A stretch of DNA of 64,000 nucleotides, taken from positions 314,404 through 378,403 of the forward strand of contig PDIP01000019.1 in assembly GCA_002811645.1 (NCBI GenBank). The letters are read 5' to 3'. The position numbers and the translations under genes were made by a program. The notes beneath the pieces are model-generated. The model was not told the origin of the DNA and ran no database searches. It saw only the letters and a list, made by a program, of their open reading frames with translations. Source of the DNA: Corallochytrium limacisporum Hawaii (Eukaryota; Protista; Pluriformea). Shown piece after piece: positions 24,101 to 33,305 of the stretch; the stretch's first letter is position 1; each line of letters opens with the position of its first letter.

Positions 24101-24163
24101 ACTTCCAGTACTGGCAGCGCCAAGAAGGGAAGCCGTGGCCGTGGCACCAAGCGTCGGCGCTAA
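18164..24163 (+). CDS. MED12: Mediator kinase-module subunit Med12-like
   Basis: N-terminal Med12 motif (W...PLKELANKIP...LLDLLYARHIPVIRAVWLIK, EWTTVIT.YL) and C-terminal IKPWDLLEG; about 2000 aa. First ATG is at 18164. Confidence 0.8.
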   Translation: MEDEGELEVYQFPAPAKRLCKKLPQAQDNIQADYYPQRAGQPEDILNPETLSKGFQFSAPVRNELVGTAIDKAVAAAKMRRYLDGKTEDTKQPISVHASLRPVVESNVNKILRLREQKIAQSTNQTIAQHSLQSQGRAGSEARGQNVTPKYGDARASVLLDKRTLEKWVMGFERATPLKELANKIPIFKKEWHVANSLLDLLYARHIPVIRAVWLIKITFVHELSLKHGTKKKESYTLLREWTTVITSYLADKLPIIAPQENLTHVKSQAIADALGRFRYGIALMIQMLSDGMMDKPMTVSWMMDHFKKSRTNTEMSLILTTICQLWDQFLDHTALTRTFVETMIDKYKSLASPPTSGSASSKNSRNVKTKNDNGDRIQTTPGSNLQDAISETIESLVLRTLVNCPNAFISLPHMQLDIVGSMLQNQNVKTSSLSGYVHLQKTLQAIRNSTQDLKSLSMRELVSEHPAADPSTTPSDKKGSNGTNGMDVEGAGDDVTDVTWEGDLLLLGQQVQMDDLYQLIFGVGASTEDTETEGPFSPERAIFFLLEWCVSAPDSASQVRMGMLMNLLTAPETKDTTSTEREGNGVGADAMDVDTTHTSMAEEDLLGFASRKKSVKSQGEEHVTKEAPPGIRKHIQSVLHQYTMCWVEKWSQSGAIHSDEGGSPGHEAFNRESHNLQMLLCTAVTLGFFDVMAAVRSLIENGQIVRRENLSLYLKAIAQCPIEDGNTRNMLNVLISRVNDPSLCRLYPYTQEQKLLQKNLLVTLTTLFLPNLAVKPSWQSTFVLGQGERIYLSSADLIQGQQTTPTDADGIEVQVLKTLRGLDTRLRSLTLRWLISQLCMTCPNRRFQRELCSFDTFLCCVDTCPESKDGGAVLGGLTPERFLLLVEWLHHFGMVHQAFKMTVTVLLSSRNLGDLLITACIAVGSHFSHLNTLPQSLQIQIFEAVSNAVDTTVVGYLKTIFEGMLARMYRNCHCLATAYPDFKDTADRLMSFMVDADMFAMAQRWTANRRPGFLAKEVNQGFGQNDRRLHDIKEDDDIYSFILTLFEYCQDHDLITASGRESDEFEGVLLPVRVQGATEAIKTFSHVLFVVSNKLNLKLPYKPGLRSFIEIEKLMRTGKYKPQYLDSSVCLALMLLAKQYCPLHQFIEQQCMPYIEFLATGKFTADDLVFLTFMLRILSAIFPGDGTKLDQGPNTGRPISDYLGFQDRNLLRNCANHMQSAVLFEMLLALLPLAEAMSDIPEAQGMRQVCENILLSPKVQMDLMEDNQRTRILQRLRDESNGGHLKHSDGRWILHRLYHDRKDAQRLSERAIADQKDLATLVADILPITTLSTLPEVAAELSAAFQEFLIHQQQSKDATNAGVDILSDIVWLLISQAQFVTVSPQTYDRQVARFAVAMPSDVIQNVLTKALEKMAEFDATSTGFAASFQTEVLQDYPPANAFTRLQLGAPSIQDDTKSDGSMSEKHKQLQAERCFISVMAACMVRHGETVRESFAMLLEEQVSQLCDSFDTSIDTTEDMLHRLQALQQRGRLLIASNHPDSIATSMAWQWILLLLKTLRSPLLQAAHTKIYQYSAHVFEGCLKELSSGQGRTDANVQQNGDAGDQNPVSTSTNQECEDTIKLVVQLLILYITAICSPFAQNSENDQASNAGSNKPTPRGGSTGNEHSGHTLSREQQQLIKLIIPQIKRLPLHIAAMIETAIPTLRPRQMVWVPNESGTSSAPTKSGSLRNSINGISHAKAKRKGSTAGMPIEDGDSNDAAQAADRDDGDVLRIQEYFIKPWDLLEGQRQILPMGWHWFGWERFNTDGDCGVQRGTVQAMRQLCVQHSHQIMPGDAIDIQSLGEALKAANIPALGAFGNPMIGQGGFMASGMDNANAGGYSSPLNPSGISASSPGILLHVPSAQTQVSQVENVGGPLAATPTVVAKTATAQPSSTLASTPGGSPPTTISEAVAAAAAAAAAAAGTTGGGLRDSTATVTSTSSTGSAKKGSRGRGTKRRR

Positions 24164-24733
24164 CGCGGCTGTCCATAAACCTCAGCAAACACATTAAATA
24201 ACAAGCCTTTCCCGATCGTAAACAATTGATTACCCGCCTCGCCAGTGCTTCTCTCTCGCGTTCCTTAGAAAATCCCTCCCCGCTCCGTCCTGCCCGGGCA
24301 CCCCTGACCGTAAAAAATTCCAGCCCGCCGCCGATGGTGTGCTTTTTCCTTGATTGAGCGAAGAACCGCCCCGGAGTTTTGATTTTTTTTTTGGGGGGGG
24401 AGAAGGGGGGGCAAGGGCAGTGCACCGCTTAGGCCAACGCACCAAAGGAATAAGACTTTTTCGTTTCTGGGAGGGTGGATGAAATGACAAAACACTCAGC
24501 TTTGGGTCTCCCTAACACCCCGGGGCGCGCCGCCTTTGGGCCGTTATCCCACTTTTTTACGACGTGGTTTTTGCCGTCGTTTTCTGTCGCCTTCGTTTTT
24601 TATTTTTCTATTTTTTTTTTTGTACGAACTCGGAGTGTCCTGCGCTGCCGTAATCCGCGCCAGATCTTTGATAGCGCAATAAAAAGAAAAGTGGCTTTTG
24701 GAACTCTCCCTAATAAACTTTTTGCCCCCCCCC

Positions 24734-24961
24734 NNNNNNNNNNNNNNNNNNNNNNNNNNNNNNNNNNNNNNNNNNNNNNNNNNNNNNNNNNNNNNNNNNN
24801 NNNNNNNNNNNNNNNNNNNNNNNNNNNNNNNNNNNNNNNNNNNNNNNNNNNNNNNNNNNNNNNNNNNNNNNNNNNNNNNNNNNNNNNNNNNNNNNNNNNN
24901 NNNNNNNNNNNNNNNNNNNNNNNNNNNNNNNNNNNNNNNNNNNNNNNNNNNNNNNNNNNNN
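24734..24961. other. Assembly gap (N run)
   Basis: Run of N preceded by a poly-C tract. Confidence 0.99.
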
Positions 24962-25432
24962 CCTCCCTGCCCGAGGCCAGGGCGCCCCCCCGCCCCTCGT
25001 TTCAGGGGGCCGAGAGAACTGTCAGTTCCAATTTTCCATTTGGGCGGGTTTTAGGAATGTGGCGTTGCGGGGCCGCTGCGGCCGATGGGAAAGGGGAGGG
25101 GGGGGGGCGGGAATGCCTTGGTGGAAGTTCATTGCAACGCAACACAATCCGGGTCACTGATGAGGACACCTGCCGGCCCCATCTGTGTTATTGAAGTTGG
25201 ATTTGAAGGATACGGGCCGACAGTAACGTGTCACATTTTTACGAGGAATCAGCCTGGATACAGGTATGAAAGTAAACAGAGACTGGAAACCGTCTAAGAG
25301 TGTTGTGGGAATGTCAAGTCACTAAGATGTAACATGGTCTCGACAAAGTAGATCCGTTCGTGGCAGAGACCCGACCGAAGGAAACTTTCTTGATGGTTTA
25401 GATATATGTATAGATATTCCTGTGAATTGTGA

Positions 25433-27499
25433 ATGTTAGGAACCATGGACAGGTGGTTTGAGAGTGGAACCCAGAACGATGACCTGCCTGATAAGCCCCC
25501 GAACGCGGAGGAGATGTTGCTCATTGACTCCATTGCGTTCACGGTCTTTACAACGCTGATGATCTTTACATTCTTCACAATTTATCGGTTCAAGCACAGT
25601 AAGATTCCCTTTGTGCATGAGAGTGGTATGAGTATCCTGTACGGTGTGATCATGGGCGGGATTATTGCCAAGTTGCCCGGCCACATGGTTCAGAGCCGGA
25701 TGATCTTTGATCCCCAAACATTTTTCTTCGTACTCCTACCCCCAATCATTTTCACCGCTGGTTATGAAATGAAGCGCTGGCATTTCTTTGTTAACTTTGG
25801 GCCCATTCTCCTGTATGCTCTGTTCGGAACAATGATCAGCACGGCCATAATCGGACTTGCGACCTATGGCATCATTGTTCTTGCACTTGAGGACTATGGA
25901 GACACGAATATTGTCGATTGCATGCTGTTCGGGGCCTTAATCAGTGCCACTGACCCAGTGACCACCTTGGCCATTTTCAGCGAGCTTGATGCAGACATCA
26001 CGCTCTACAATCTTGTTTTTGGCGAGTCTGTACTCAACGACGCGGTAGCAATAGTCGTCTACAGTGCCTTCTTCCGCTTCAAGGAAGCCCTGGACGAAGG
26101 TCATGCGGAAGACCGCACGATAGCGCAAAAGATTGGATATATTGCTGGATCGTTCCTGACAAATTTCCTCGGTGCCATTTGCATCGGTGTGGGCACGGGC
26201 ATGTTCACCGCGTTGCTGACCAAATTCAGCGACTTGCGCAAGGAGCCAATGCTCGAGACGGCCATTTTTGTGACTCTATCCTACATGAGCTTCCTTATCG
26301 CCCAATCGGCAGGCATTTCAGGCATTGTCTGCATTCTGTTCTGTGGTATCACGAACGCTCACTATACTTGGCACAATCTAAGCAAGCGCAGCAAGTCATG
26401 GACGAGTGATTTCTTTGGGTTGATGAATTTCCTGGCGGAAAACTTCATCTTCTCATACATGGGATTGACGCTCTTCGCATTCCCGAACCACGTGTACCGA
26501 CCTTTCCTGATCTTTGGATCAATCGTTATTTGTATTGTTGCGCGTGTGTTCAATATCTTTCCGATCTCGTTCATCATAAATTTGCGCCGGAAGGTAGGAG
26601 ATCGGATCCCGCTGAACATTCAGGCCATGATGACCTGGAGTGGACTGCGAGGTGCCATCGCCTTCGCTTTGGCTATGAACCAGACCTTCAATTATGGATC
26701 CGATGAAACGGAGGACATGTTCCTGACAACCACACTGATGATTGTGCTTGTCACTGTGATAATCTTTGGCGGTTGCACGGAAGAGGTTATGAAGGCACTC
26801 AAAATTCCCATGGGCTGTCTGCCCGAAGACGAATGCGAGGCGGTTGTTGATGAGGCAGAAAACGTACATTCGGGCGGTATCTACGCACGTTACGGTTCTA
26901 TGACCCATAATGTCAGTAGTCTGGACCTCCAACGGCTGCTTGAGCAGTATCAGGCCAATGATCTACCGGAACTAGACGGGATCCCAGAAAATCGCATGCC
27001 CTTGCGCAGCGATTCTGTTCGCAGCGAGACCGTGCCTGGACAGCGTCATGGAATCCACATCACTTCTCCTCTGCAGGTGTGGACATTGCTCGATGAGCAG
27101 TTCCTTATTCCGCTGCTGGTCAGCGAGCACGGCAAGGCTTCCCACAACGAACTCCGCCAAATTCGAAACGAGACTCTGGCACGGGTGAACTCAAGGACTT
27201 GGGCCGGTGGGGAACCCAGTAACAGACCGCCTTCCGCGCGCCGAGTGGGCTTCCAGGCCGTCAGTCAAACGAGCGGGAGCACTGATTCCCGAACAGCTCT
27301 ACGGGAATCTGACGGTGGACACCTCATGACGCCCACTGGGCCGGGGTCTCGGCCCCACCAAAACTACGGCACTACAGGCAACACGAACGGCGCTCGGGAG
27401 CAGAGGTCGAGCCACAGTGATGATGGCTGGAGCATTGCGACATCTGATGATCCTAGGGTCGATGATTTTGATCACCACCATCCAAATGCACATCATTGA
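25433..27499 (+). CDS. Na+/H+ exchanger, CPA1 family (intracellular NHE6-9/Nhx1 type)
   Basis: FFFVLLPPIIFTAGY, FGALISATDPVTTLAIF, LVFGESVLNDAVAIV, WSGLRGAIAFALA. Confidence 0.93.
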   Translation: MLGTMDRWFESGTQNDDLPDKPPNAEEMLLIDSIAFTVFTTLMIFTFFTIYRFKHSKIPFVHESGMSILYGVIMGGIIAKLPGHMVQSRMIFDPQTFFFVLLPPIIFTAGYEMKRWHFFVNFGPILLYALFGTMISTAIIGLATYGIIVLALEDYGDTNIVDCMLFGALISATDPVTTLAIFSELDADITLYNLVFGESVLNDAVAIVVYSAFFRFKEALDEGHAEDRTIAQKIGYIAGSFLTNFLGAICIGVGTGMFTALLTKFSDLRKEPMLETAIFVTLSYMSFLIAQSAGISGIVCILFCGITNAHYTWHNLSKRSKSWTSDFFGLMNFLAENFIFSYMGLTLFAFPNHVYRPFLIFGSIVICIVARVFNIFPISFIINLRRKVGDRIPLNIQAMMTWSGLRGAIAFALAMNQTFNYGSDETEDMFLTTTLMIVLVTVIIFGGCTEEVMKALKIPMGCLPEDECEAVVDEAENVHSGGIYARYGSMTHNVSSLDLQRLLEQYQANDLPELDGIPENRMPLRSDSVRSETVPGQRHGIHITSPLQVWTLLDEQFLIPLLVSEHGKASHNELRQIRNETLARVNSRTWAGGEPSNRPPSARRVGFQAVSQTSGSTDSRTALRESDGGHLMTPTGPGSRPHQNYGTTGNTNGAREQRSSHSDDGWSIATSDDPRVDDFDHHHPNAHH

Positions 27500-27575
27500 T
27501 AGAGACTTGATCCCCTGGATTGGTCTGAGATTGCTTAATAGATGTATTCATATGTAAACGTCATATTTGTGTTCA

Positions 27576-30500
27576 CTATCCTTTTGTGAGGTGTTCCTCG
27601 GAACTGCTGTGCTCTGAATCTTCATTGTCAGGCAAATCCTCAACAGGTAGGGAGAAACTGAAGCGGAAGCGACCTCCTCCTCGTGGAGCCGGAGGGGGCC
27701 CAGTTGGTTGCTCTTCTCCGTCTGTTTCACTGTCATCTTCGTTGTCGTCCTCAACGTCTTCCTCAGAGGTCGGTTCTTCCTGCTGGTTATGGACCTGGGC
27801 AATTTGTTCAAGAGAAAGCCTGAAACCGGCGGGTGATTCCACAGATTCACCCAAGGGAGTGGGCGTCTCTCTCTCGTCTTCATGGGCATCATCTCCCTCA
27901 TGTTCCATAGCGACAGTTGCTGCTGCTGCTACACCTTGGATCTCCTCCTCAGCACGAACCGTACTTCCCTCTTCTTCCTCGTCTCCTTGCTCATGCGCAA
28001 GTGTACGCTCATCCTCATCCCCTTCGTCTTCGTGGGCAGCATTGGCAAAATGCTCTTCATCAGTGTCGTAGATGGTGGGACGGGAATCTTCGCTCATTGG
28101 ACCCGGGCCCTCGTGCTCAGCTTCATGTTCCAACATGTCTTGCGCATCGGATTCCTCACGATGCTCCACCACGTCCATGTCTGGTGTAGCAGCCGGGTGG
28201 CGGGGGAGCACTTGTACGGCAAACCGCGACAGCCCAGCGGTGCGTCCCGGGGAGACAAGACCACCAGTGCTCACTGCCGTACTCTCCGAGAAGGACAGTT
28301 GCCGAAGGGCAGGGGGCTGTGTTGAACCCGGAGGACTCGACGGCACTTCCTCGATCTCCTCATCATCAGCACTGTTGTTTTCGCGGGGTAGCGGCGTCGG
28401 AGAGCGGATTTCGTTGCTGGCCGTACGCACACCCTCGGCACTGGAAGGTTCCACGTCTGCAGAGTCAGTGACATCCATGTTGTCGGTGGGCATTGGAGGC
28501 ATGTTCACACCGTTGGCCTCTGTAAGCGTAACGTCTTCTTCATTTAACTCAAGAAGTTCGCCGACAGGGTCCAATTCTTTATCAACCGCATCCATAGTCT
28601 GATCGTCTTGCGGAGTGACCGTTTCCCCTCCCTGGGATTCAATGTCCATGGATGCCCTGGCGGAACGGTCGTCTACGATGGTGCTGGCACCTTCGTCTTC
28701 CATAATCGTAGGCGGAGGGCTTGATCTCCTGGGCCTATTGTTTTCTGATTCAAGGACTTGAACAGGCATCACGACAGGGCTGCGGCGGTTCGGTACATAG
28801 GACACGGGATTGGACTGTTCACGAGTCAACGGCAGTGTAGGCAAAGACATCGACTCCTTTCGCGGCAACGCTCCGCTTTCCGACATAGACTCACCCTTCT
28901 CACTCAGATCTGAGCTCGGAATTTTGGCTTCGCCGACGCGTAACATGCCAACCATTCGCTCCAACTCATCACTGCCTCGGTGTTCGGCTTCGTCGACCTC
29001 CTCAGCTTCCCGTTCAGCAGACACAACTTCTGTCTTTCCCGGCTGGCGGAGGAGCATGGCGGGAGTGTGGAATTTGCCTAGGTCAGCCTCCACCTCCTGC
29101 TCCGGGCGCTGCGGGGTTTTCTCCGCGGCTCCAGGTGCGTCAGCTGTGTCCAGGCCATGCACACGAAGATAGGTTTCATCTTCGTGGCTGAAACTGCCCC
29201 TGCCAGATTCCCTGTCCTCGTCTGTAGGGTCAACATGCCTGACAAAGTCAGGGTGATCAAAGCCAGATGACGAGATTGGCATGGTCGGACCCACTTGCAC
29301 CTTTTGCGGAGTGGAGAGAGACTGTGCGTCGACTACTTCTTGTTGAATAGCTTCAGATTCTTCGGTTATTTGATCATCGATCCCGCCGCTGTGACGCGTA
29401 CGTGATGGAAGGAGATCTTTTGCAGTAGCACCTTCCGATGCCGAATCGTCCAATACATGGCTGAAGTGACTCAGCGTTGCTGCAGCGTCTTCGATATGTA
29501 GATGGGATTCTTCGAATGCGTCCTCGTCCATGTTGTCCTCATGTTGAATGGATTCGGATGTCCCCTGATGACCGGATCCGGAGCTCTTGTTGGGCTCTTT
29601 GTCCAGCGAGGAATGAAGGTCCTCCTTCGCACACAAACCTGAAGCAACAGAAACGTGAGCAGGTGACATGGATTTGGATGCTTCCATGGCGCTCAGTTGC
29701 TCGGCCAGCGAAAGGCGCGCCAGTTCGGAACCCACGCCTATGTCAGTTAGCTTAGTTTTCGACTTTCTTTTAAGTTCCGGTGAACTGCTCTGTTGTAGAG
29801 TGCGGAGAGCCTCGAGCACAGTCTGATTCTCCTCCCGCATCTCTTGAAGGGAACTCATCAGGGGACTCAAGAAATCAGTGCGACTCATTTTGGTTAGCGC
29901 ATCACTGAGCACTTCTATGTTTGCTCCAGCAGGCTGTTGAGACCCATCAGGAGCAGCATTGAGGGTCGACAGTGCACCAGGTCCCAGGTTCCGCTGTGTG
30001 GTGGCTCGCAATCCCTGATTGACAAGGTCAGCATGCATGGCGCTGACCTCTGTGGAGTACTCTTGCACCAGCCTCTCGTTGAAATGAGAACGGCACAAGA
30101 ACACAATGTCATCTGCATTTGACGGCTTGGCCCGAATAATGTTGTTCTGCCACAGATCCTGTGGACTCGCAACCATTGCATAACGCTGCTGTAGCTTGAA
30201 GAGGCTTTCGTTAATACTGTCAAGATCCAGTTCGATGCGCTCAACCAGCTGTTCCATGACAGCTTCCTGCAGATCCTCGAAGTCAATGTGGAGGTGCTTC
30301 TGCAATGTGGTGCTCAGTTCTCGCAGCCACTCGTCACGAATGTTATGGGGCAGATCCAGCGATCCACTGTACGCTGCCGTGGAGTGCAATAGAAGGTACA
30401 AGGTGGCAGCAGACAACAGAAGAAGAGGCCGCATTTCAGTCGCCGTGAGCAGCATTGGGTAACCGAATCCAGGTGCACAATGGCTTGGGTGCGCTTCGCA

Positions 30501-33305
30501 AACAAAGTGGATACGGAAATTCAGTTCATACTCCTTGTTCTCGATCAGATCGTCTCCGTTCGTGTCAGTAACCATGTTGAGCATTGCTTGGCTCGCACGG
30601 CTGAGCTCAGCCATCATGGCTGTCGTATCCTCGTCCTTGCTGTCCACTTTAGAAGACATCTTCCGCCAGCTGGGAAGAGTAGGTAAGATGAGCATAGAGG
30701 TGGGAATTTGACGACGCTGGTGCTCCGGCAGCACACACATCCATAAACTGCGGAAGAGGGTGGAGCATTGGCCAGCCACAGTTGCACCTGGCACTGTGAA
30801 TGCTGCCAGATCCTTCTTTTCAATGCTTGCCGGACGGGCGTGGTGTGACGTCCTAAAGTAGTAGTGCGCCAGCTGAAGATCGAGGATTTCTCTGCTCTGC
30901 TGCAGGGACATGTAAGACTCTAAATGGCCTTGGTACCAGTGAGTCATGCTTTCTGGGATAGACAACAGACTGGGAGAATCGCAGGTAAATACAAAGGCTG
31001 GCTTTGTGCGAGTCGGTCCAATGTCCTTTTCGTATGACGCGTCCTCAATTTGCCGGGCAATGAGCCCATAATATTCCATCTGAGTCTTCACCATGTGGTC
31101 CTTTTGCGCATTTCTCGACCAGCATAGTTGAAAACAGCTTGCAGACTGCAGCTGCGGAATCGTTTCTGCAATGTTGGTGTACTTGGTCGGTACCTGTGCT
31201 GTGTGGTGAATTTGAAATCCTGCAGGTGGTTGCAAACGAATGAGTTCATGACTCAGCAAATGGTCTTGCATACTGTGACAAACATACACCTTCGGGTACA
31301 CATGCGGAGTTGAGCGCACTTCGTTGATTAAGGCGTAGGCAGCGACGGGCCGGGGTGGTTTCACAAAGACCTCCACAGAAGCCTGTGAAAACAAGACGAG
31401 TCCCCGGAAGAAGAAGTTCACCCGTCCACTGCGCACTTCCCGCTGAGGCCCCTTCTCCTGCTGACTGTGGGCATCCAGTTGGCCATTGGACAACTGAAAT
31501 TGCAATTGGACTCCGCTACAAAATTCCTCCCAGGTCAAGCACCGCTCAGCGGGCTTGACCACGATGCCTTCGATCTCTACTTTGCACTTGATCTCTAGTT
31601 GTCGAGAACTTTGGGCAATGGTCTTTGCAATCTTCTCATCCTTGATACCCTCATTTGTAAGTACACTCAAGTACTGTGGGCTGACAGAAATGGGAGAATG
31701 ATACACCTCCTGAGGATACTGCACAAGGAGATCAATCGGCGTTGGCCCTGGGGCCTTAAAGCGGCTCTTCGTCATCTTTGCCTTGATGCTAGGGGACATG
31801 CTCACAACGCTCTGCTTCTCCATGGTCTCTGCCAGAGGTCTGGGAATTTTGATGTCCTTAGAACTCTTGCTTGCCTCGGGCTTGGCCAAAACAAGTTTGC
31901 TTGAGCCTCGCTTGTGCATCACATTCCGCACAAGAGAGGCCAATTCGGTCGGTTCAGGAGCATCTGCCAAGTCTCTCTCCGAGGCTTTGGCGGACATAGT
32001 TGCACTACGGAGACGCTTCCATCCGCTACCCTTTGTTTGTGTTTGAGGCATGGGTGCGCTCATCTCCCGTTCCATTCCCTTTTTTGGAGGATGCAGAGCC
32101 AGTTTCGATGTCTTGCGCCCCATAGAAACTTTTTCAGCGTCCATGGTTGATTGCTTTGAAGTCCTAGAATCTCTCGGGGCAGCTCCAAGCGTGGCAGCCC
32201 GGTTTCGAGCTTTTAGGGCCTGCACAACTTTGGTTTCAGGTCCCTTGCTTGCAGCTACCCTCAATGATACGGCATCGGACTCTTTTGAGACCTCATCATA
32301 AAACGGCTCACTTGTATCGGTGTGCAGTGGCGGTGCCGAGGTGGGGGCGTCAGTAGTTGCCACCGATGTGTTTCTGAAGAGCATCATTCTCGCAAGTTTT
32401 GACTTCTGATTCTTCGTCTGATGAGCTGAGTCTTGGGCACTAGAATGATCCAATGAGGAGCTGCCTGATGAAATTCGAGGACTCTTTTCGCCCGATTTCC
32501 GGCGACCGAACAAGGCAGCGATGTTTGTAAGACTGGCATTCTTCTTTCTCATCTTCATAGGCTCTGGGGTAGGATGTGCGTCACTGTAAGCGCGCGACGC
32601 GCGGCGAGGCGGACACTTCACCATGGAAATGGGTATGGTTTCAGACTCAAGCTCGTAAATAGGATCCTGAGAGGCCTCTTCTTCGATCCGCTGTGCTTCC
32701 TTGCCCTTTATTGAAGCTGGGGTGACCACTTTCGGGGAATTCGTCATAATGTTCTCCACCTCAACAGAAGACATGATACTGCTGGGTCCCCGGGCAAGCT
32801 GTTCGATCCATTGTTCACACAACTCCCCGAGCTTTTCAATTTCGAATTGAGTGCAGAACACGAGTAGTTTGCTTAGGATAAATGCTCGTTTAGCTTTCTC
32901 AGTGTCTGTGAAGGTAAAGACACCCGTATACATCCACTCCAGTGCCTTGTCAAGAGCTTCTCCAGTCACATGAAGGTCACTGAGGCGCACTCGCAACCGC
33001 CCTTCCTCGTCACGGTCCACTAGTTGGCGAAACAAATCTTCGAACTGGACAGAATGGGCTGCGAGTACCATGCGGTGCCCGGTGCGAGTCTTCCCCGGAT
33101 TTGAGGCATCGTCGACGAAGCACAGGTCTGCGAATTGTTTGGTTGCGTATAGTTTGCTTACTTCTGCCCCAAATCGGCCCGGAAGTATGACACTACTGCG
33201 CTGAGAACCGGGTAGCTCGCTGGGCAGTGAGGCCAGTGAGACCCTTGCAGGCATCTGTGCCATTTCGCCTCGATATTTACTTATGGATTTCGAGAACTCT
33301 CTCAT
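27576..33305 (-). CDS. Large BTB/POZ-domain protein with central TIR-like domain and long acidic disordered tail (start uncertain: 33398, 33305 or 33263)
   Basis: BTB motif FADLCFV...GHRMVLAAHSVQFEDLF...ALEWMYTG...LGELCEQ. Central KVYVCHSMQD...SASCFQLCWSRNA resembles a TIR domain. Confidence 0.7.
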   Translation of the reverse strand: MREFSKSISKYRGEMAQMPARVSLASLPSELPGSQRSSVILPGRFGAEVSKLYATKQFADLCFVDDASNPGKTRTGHRMVLAAHSVQFEDLFRQLVDRDEEGRLRVRLSDLHVTGEALDKALEWMYTGVFTFTDTEKAKRAFILSKLLVFCTQFEIEKLGELCEQWIEQLARGPSSIMSSVEVENIMTNSPKVVTPASIKGKEAQRIEEEASQDPIYELESETIPISMVKCPPRRASRAYSDAHPTPEPMKMRKKNASLTNIAALFGRRKSGEKSPRISSGSSSLDHSSAQDSAHQTKNQKSKLARMMLFRNTSVATTDAPTSAPPLHTDTSEPFYDEVSKESDAVSLRVAASKGPETKVVQALKARNRAATLGAAPRDSRTSKQSTMDAEKVSMGRKTSKLALHPPKKGMEREMSAPMPQTQTKGSGWKRLRSATMSAKASERDLADAPEPTELASLVRNVMHKRGSSKLVLAKPEASKSSKDIKIPRPLAETMEKQSVVSMSPSIKAKMTKSRFKAPGPTPIDLLVQYPQEVYHSPISVSPQYLSVLTNEGIKDEKIAKTIAQSSRQLEIKCKVEIEGIVVKPAERCLTWEEFCSGVQLQFQLSNGQLDAHSQQEKGPQREVRSGRVNFFFRGLVLFSQASVEVFVKPPRPVAAYALINEVRSTPHVYPKVYVCHSMQDHLLSHELIRLQPPAGFQIHHTAQVPTKYTNIAETIPQLQSASCFQLCWSRNAQKDHMVKTQMEYYGLIARQIEDASYEKDIGPTRTKPAFVFTCDSPSLLSIPESMTHWYQGHLESYMSLQQSREILDLQLAHYYFRTSHHARPASIEKKDLAAFTVPGATVAGQCSTLFRSLWMCVLPEHQRRQIPTSMLILPTLPSWRKMSSKVDSKDEDTTAMMAELSRASQAMLNMVTDTNGDDLIENKEYELNFRIHFVCEAHPSHCAPGFGYPMLLTATEMRPLLLLSAATLYLLLHSTAAYSGSLDLPHNIRDEWLRELSTTLQKHLHIDFEDLQEAVMEQLVERIELDLDSINESLFKLQQRYAMVASPQDLWQNNIIRAKPSNADDIVFLCRSHFNERLVQEYSTEVSAMHADLVNQGLRATTQRNLGPGALSTLNAAPDGSQQPAGANIEVLSDALTKMSRTDFLSPLMSSLQEMREENQTVLEALRTLQQSSSPELKRKSKTKLTDIGVGSELARLSLAEQLSAMEASKSMSPAHVSVASGLCAKEDLHSSLDKEPNKSSGSGHQGTSESIQHEDNMDEDAFEESHLHIEDAAATLSHFSHVLDDSASEGATAKDLLPSRTRHSGGIDDQITEESEAIQQEVVDAQSLSTPQKVQVGPTMPISSSGFDHPDFVRHVDPTDEDRESGRGSFSHEDETYLRVHGLDTADAPGAAEKTPQRPEQEVEADLGKFHTPAMLLRQPGKTEVVSAEREAEEVDEAEHRGSDELERMVGMLRVGEAKIPSSDLSEKGESMSESGALPRKESMSLPTLPLTREQSNPVSYVPNRRSPVVMPVQVLESENNRPRRSSPPPTIMEDEGASTIVDDRSARASMDIESQGGETVTPQDDQTMDAVDKELDPVGELLELNEEDVTLTEANGVNMPPMPTDNMDVTDSADVEPSSAEGVRTASNEIRSPTPLPRENNSADDEEIEEVPSSPPGSTQPPALRQLSFSESTAVSTGGLVSPGRTAGLSRFAVQVLPRHPAATPDMDVVEHREESDAQDMLEHEAEHEGPGPMSEDSRPTIYDTDEEHFANAAHEDEGDEDERTLAHEQGDEEEEGSTVRAEEEIQGVAAAATVAMEHEGDDAHEDERETPTPLGESVESPAGFRLSLEQIAQVHNQQEEPTSEEDVEDDNEDDSETDGEEQPTGPPPAPRGGGRFRFSFSLPVEDLPDNEDSEHSSSEEHLTKG

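Noticed and set aside
24475-25194. ORFs spanning N gaps (also 51899-52518 and 56331-56738)
   Set aside because: Artefacts of translating through N runs.
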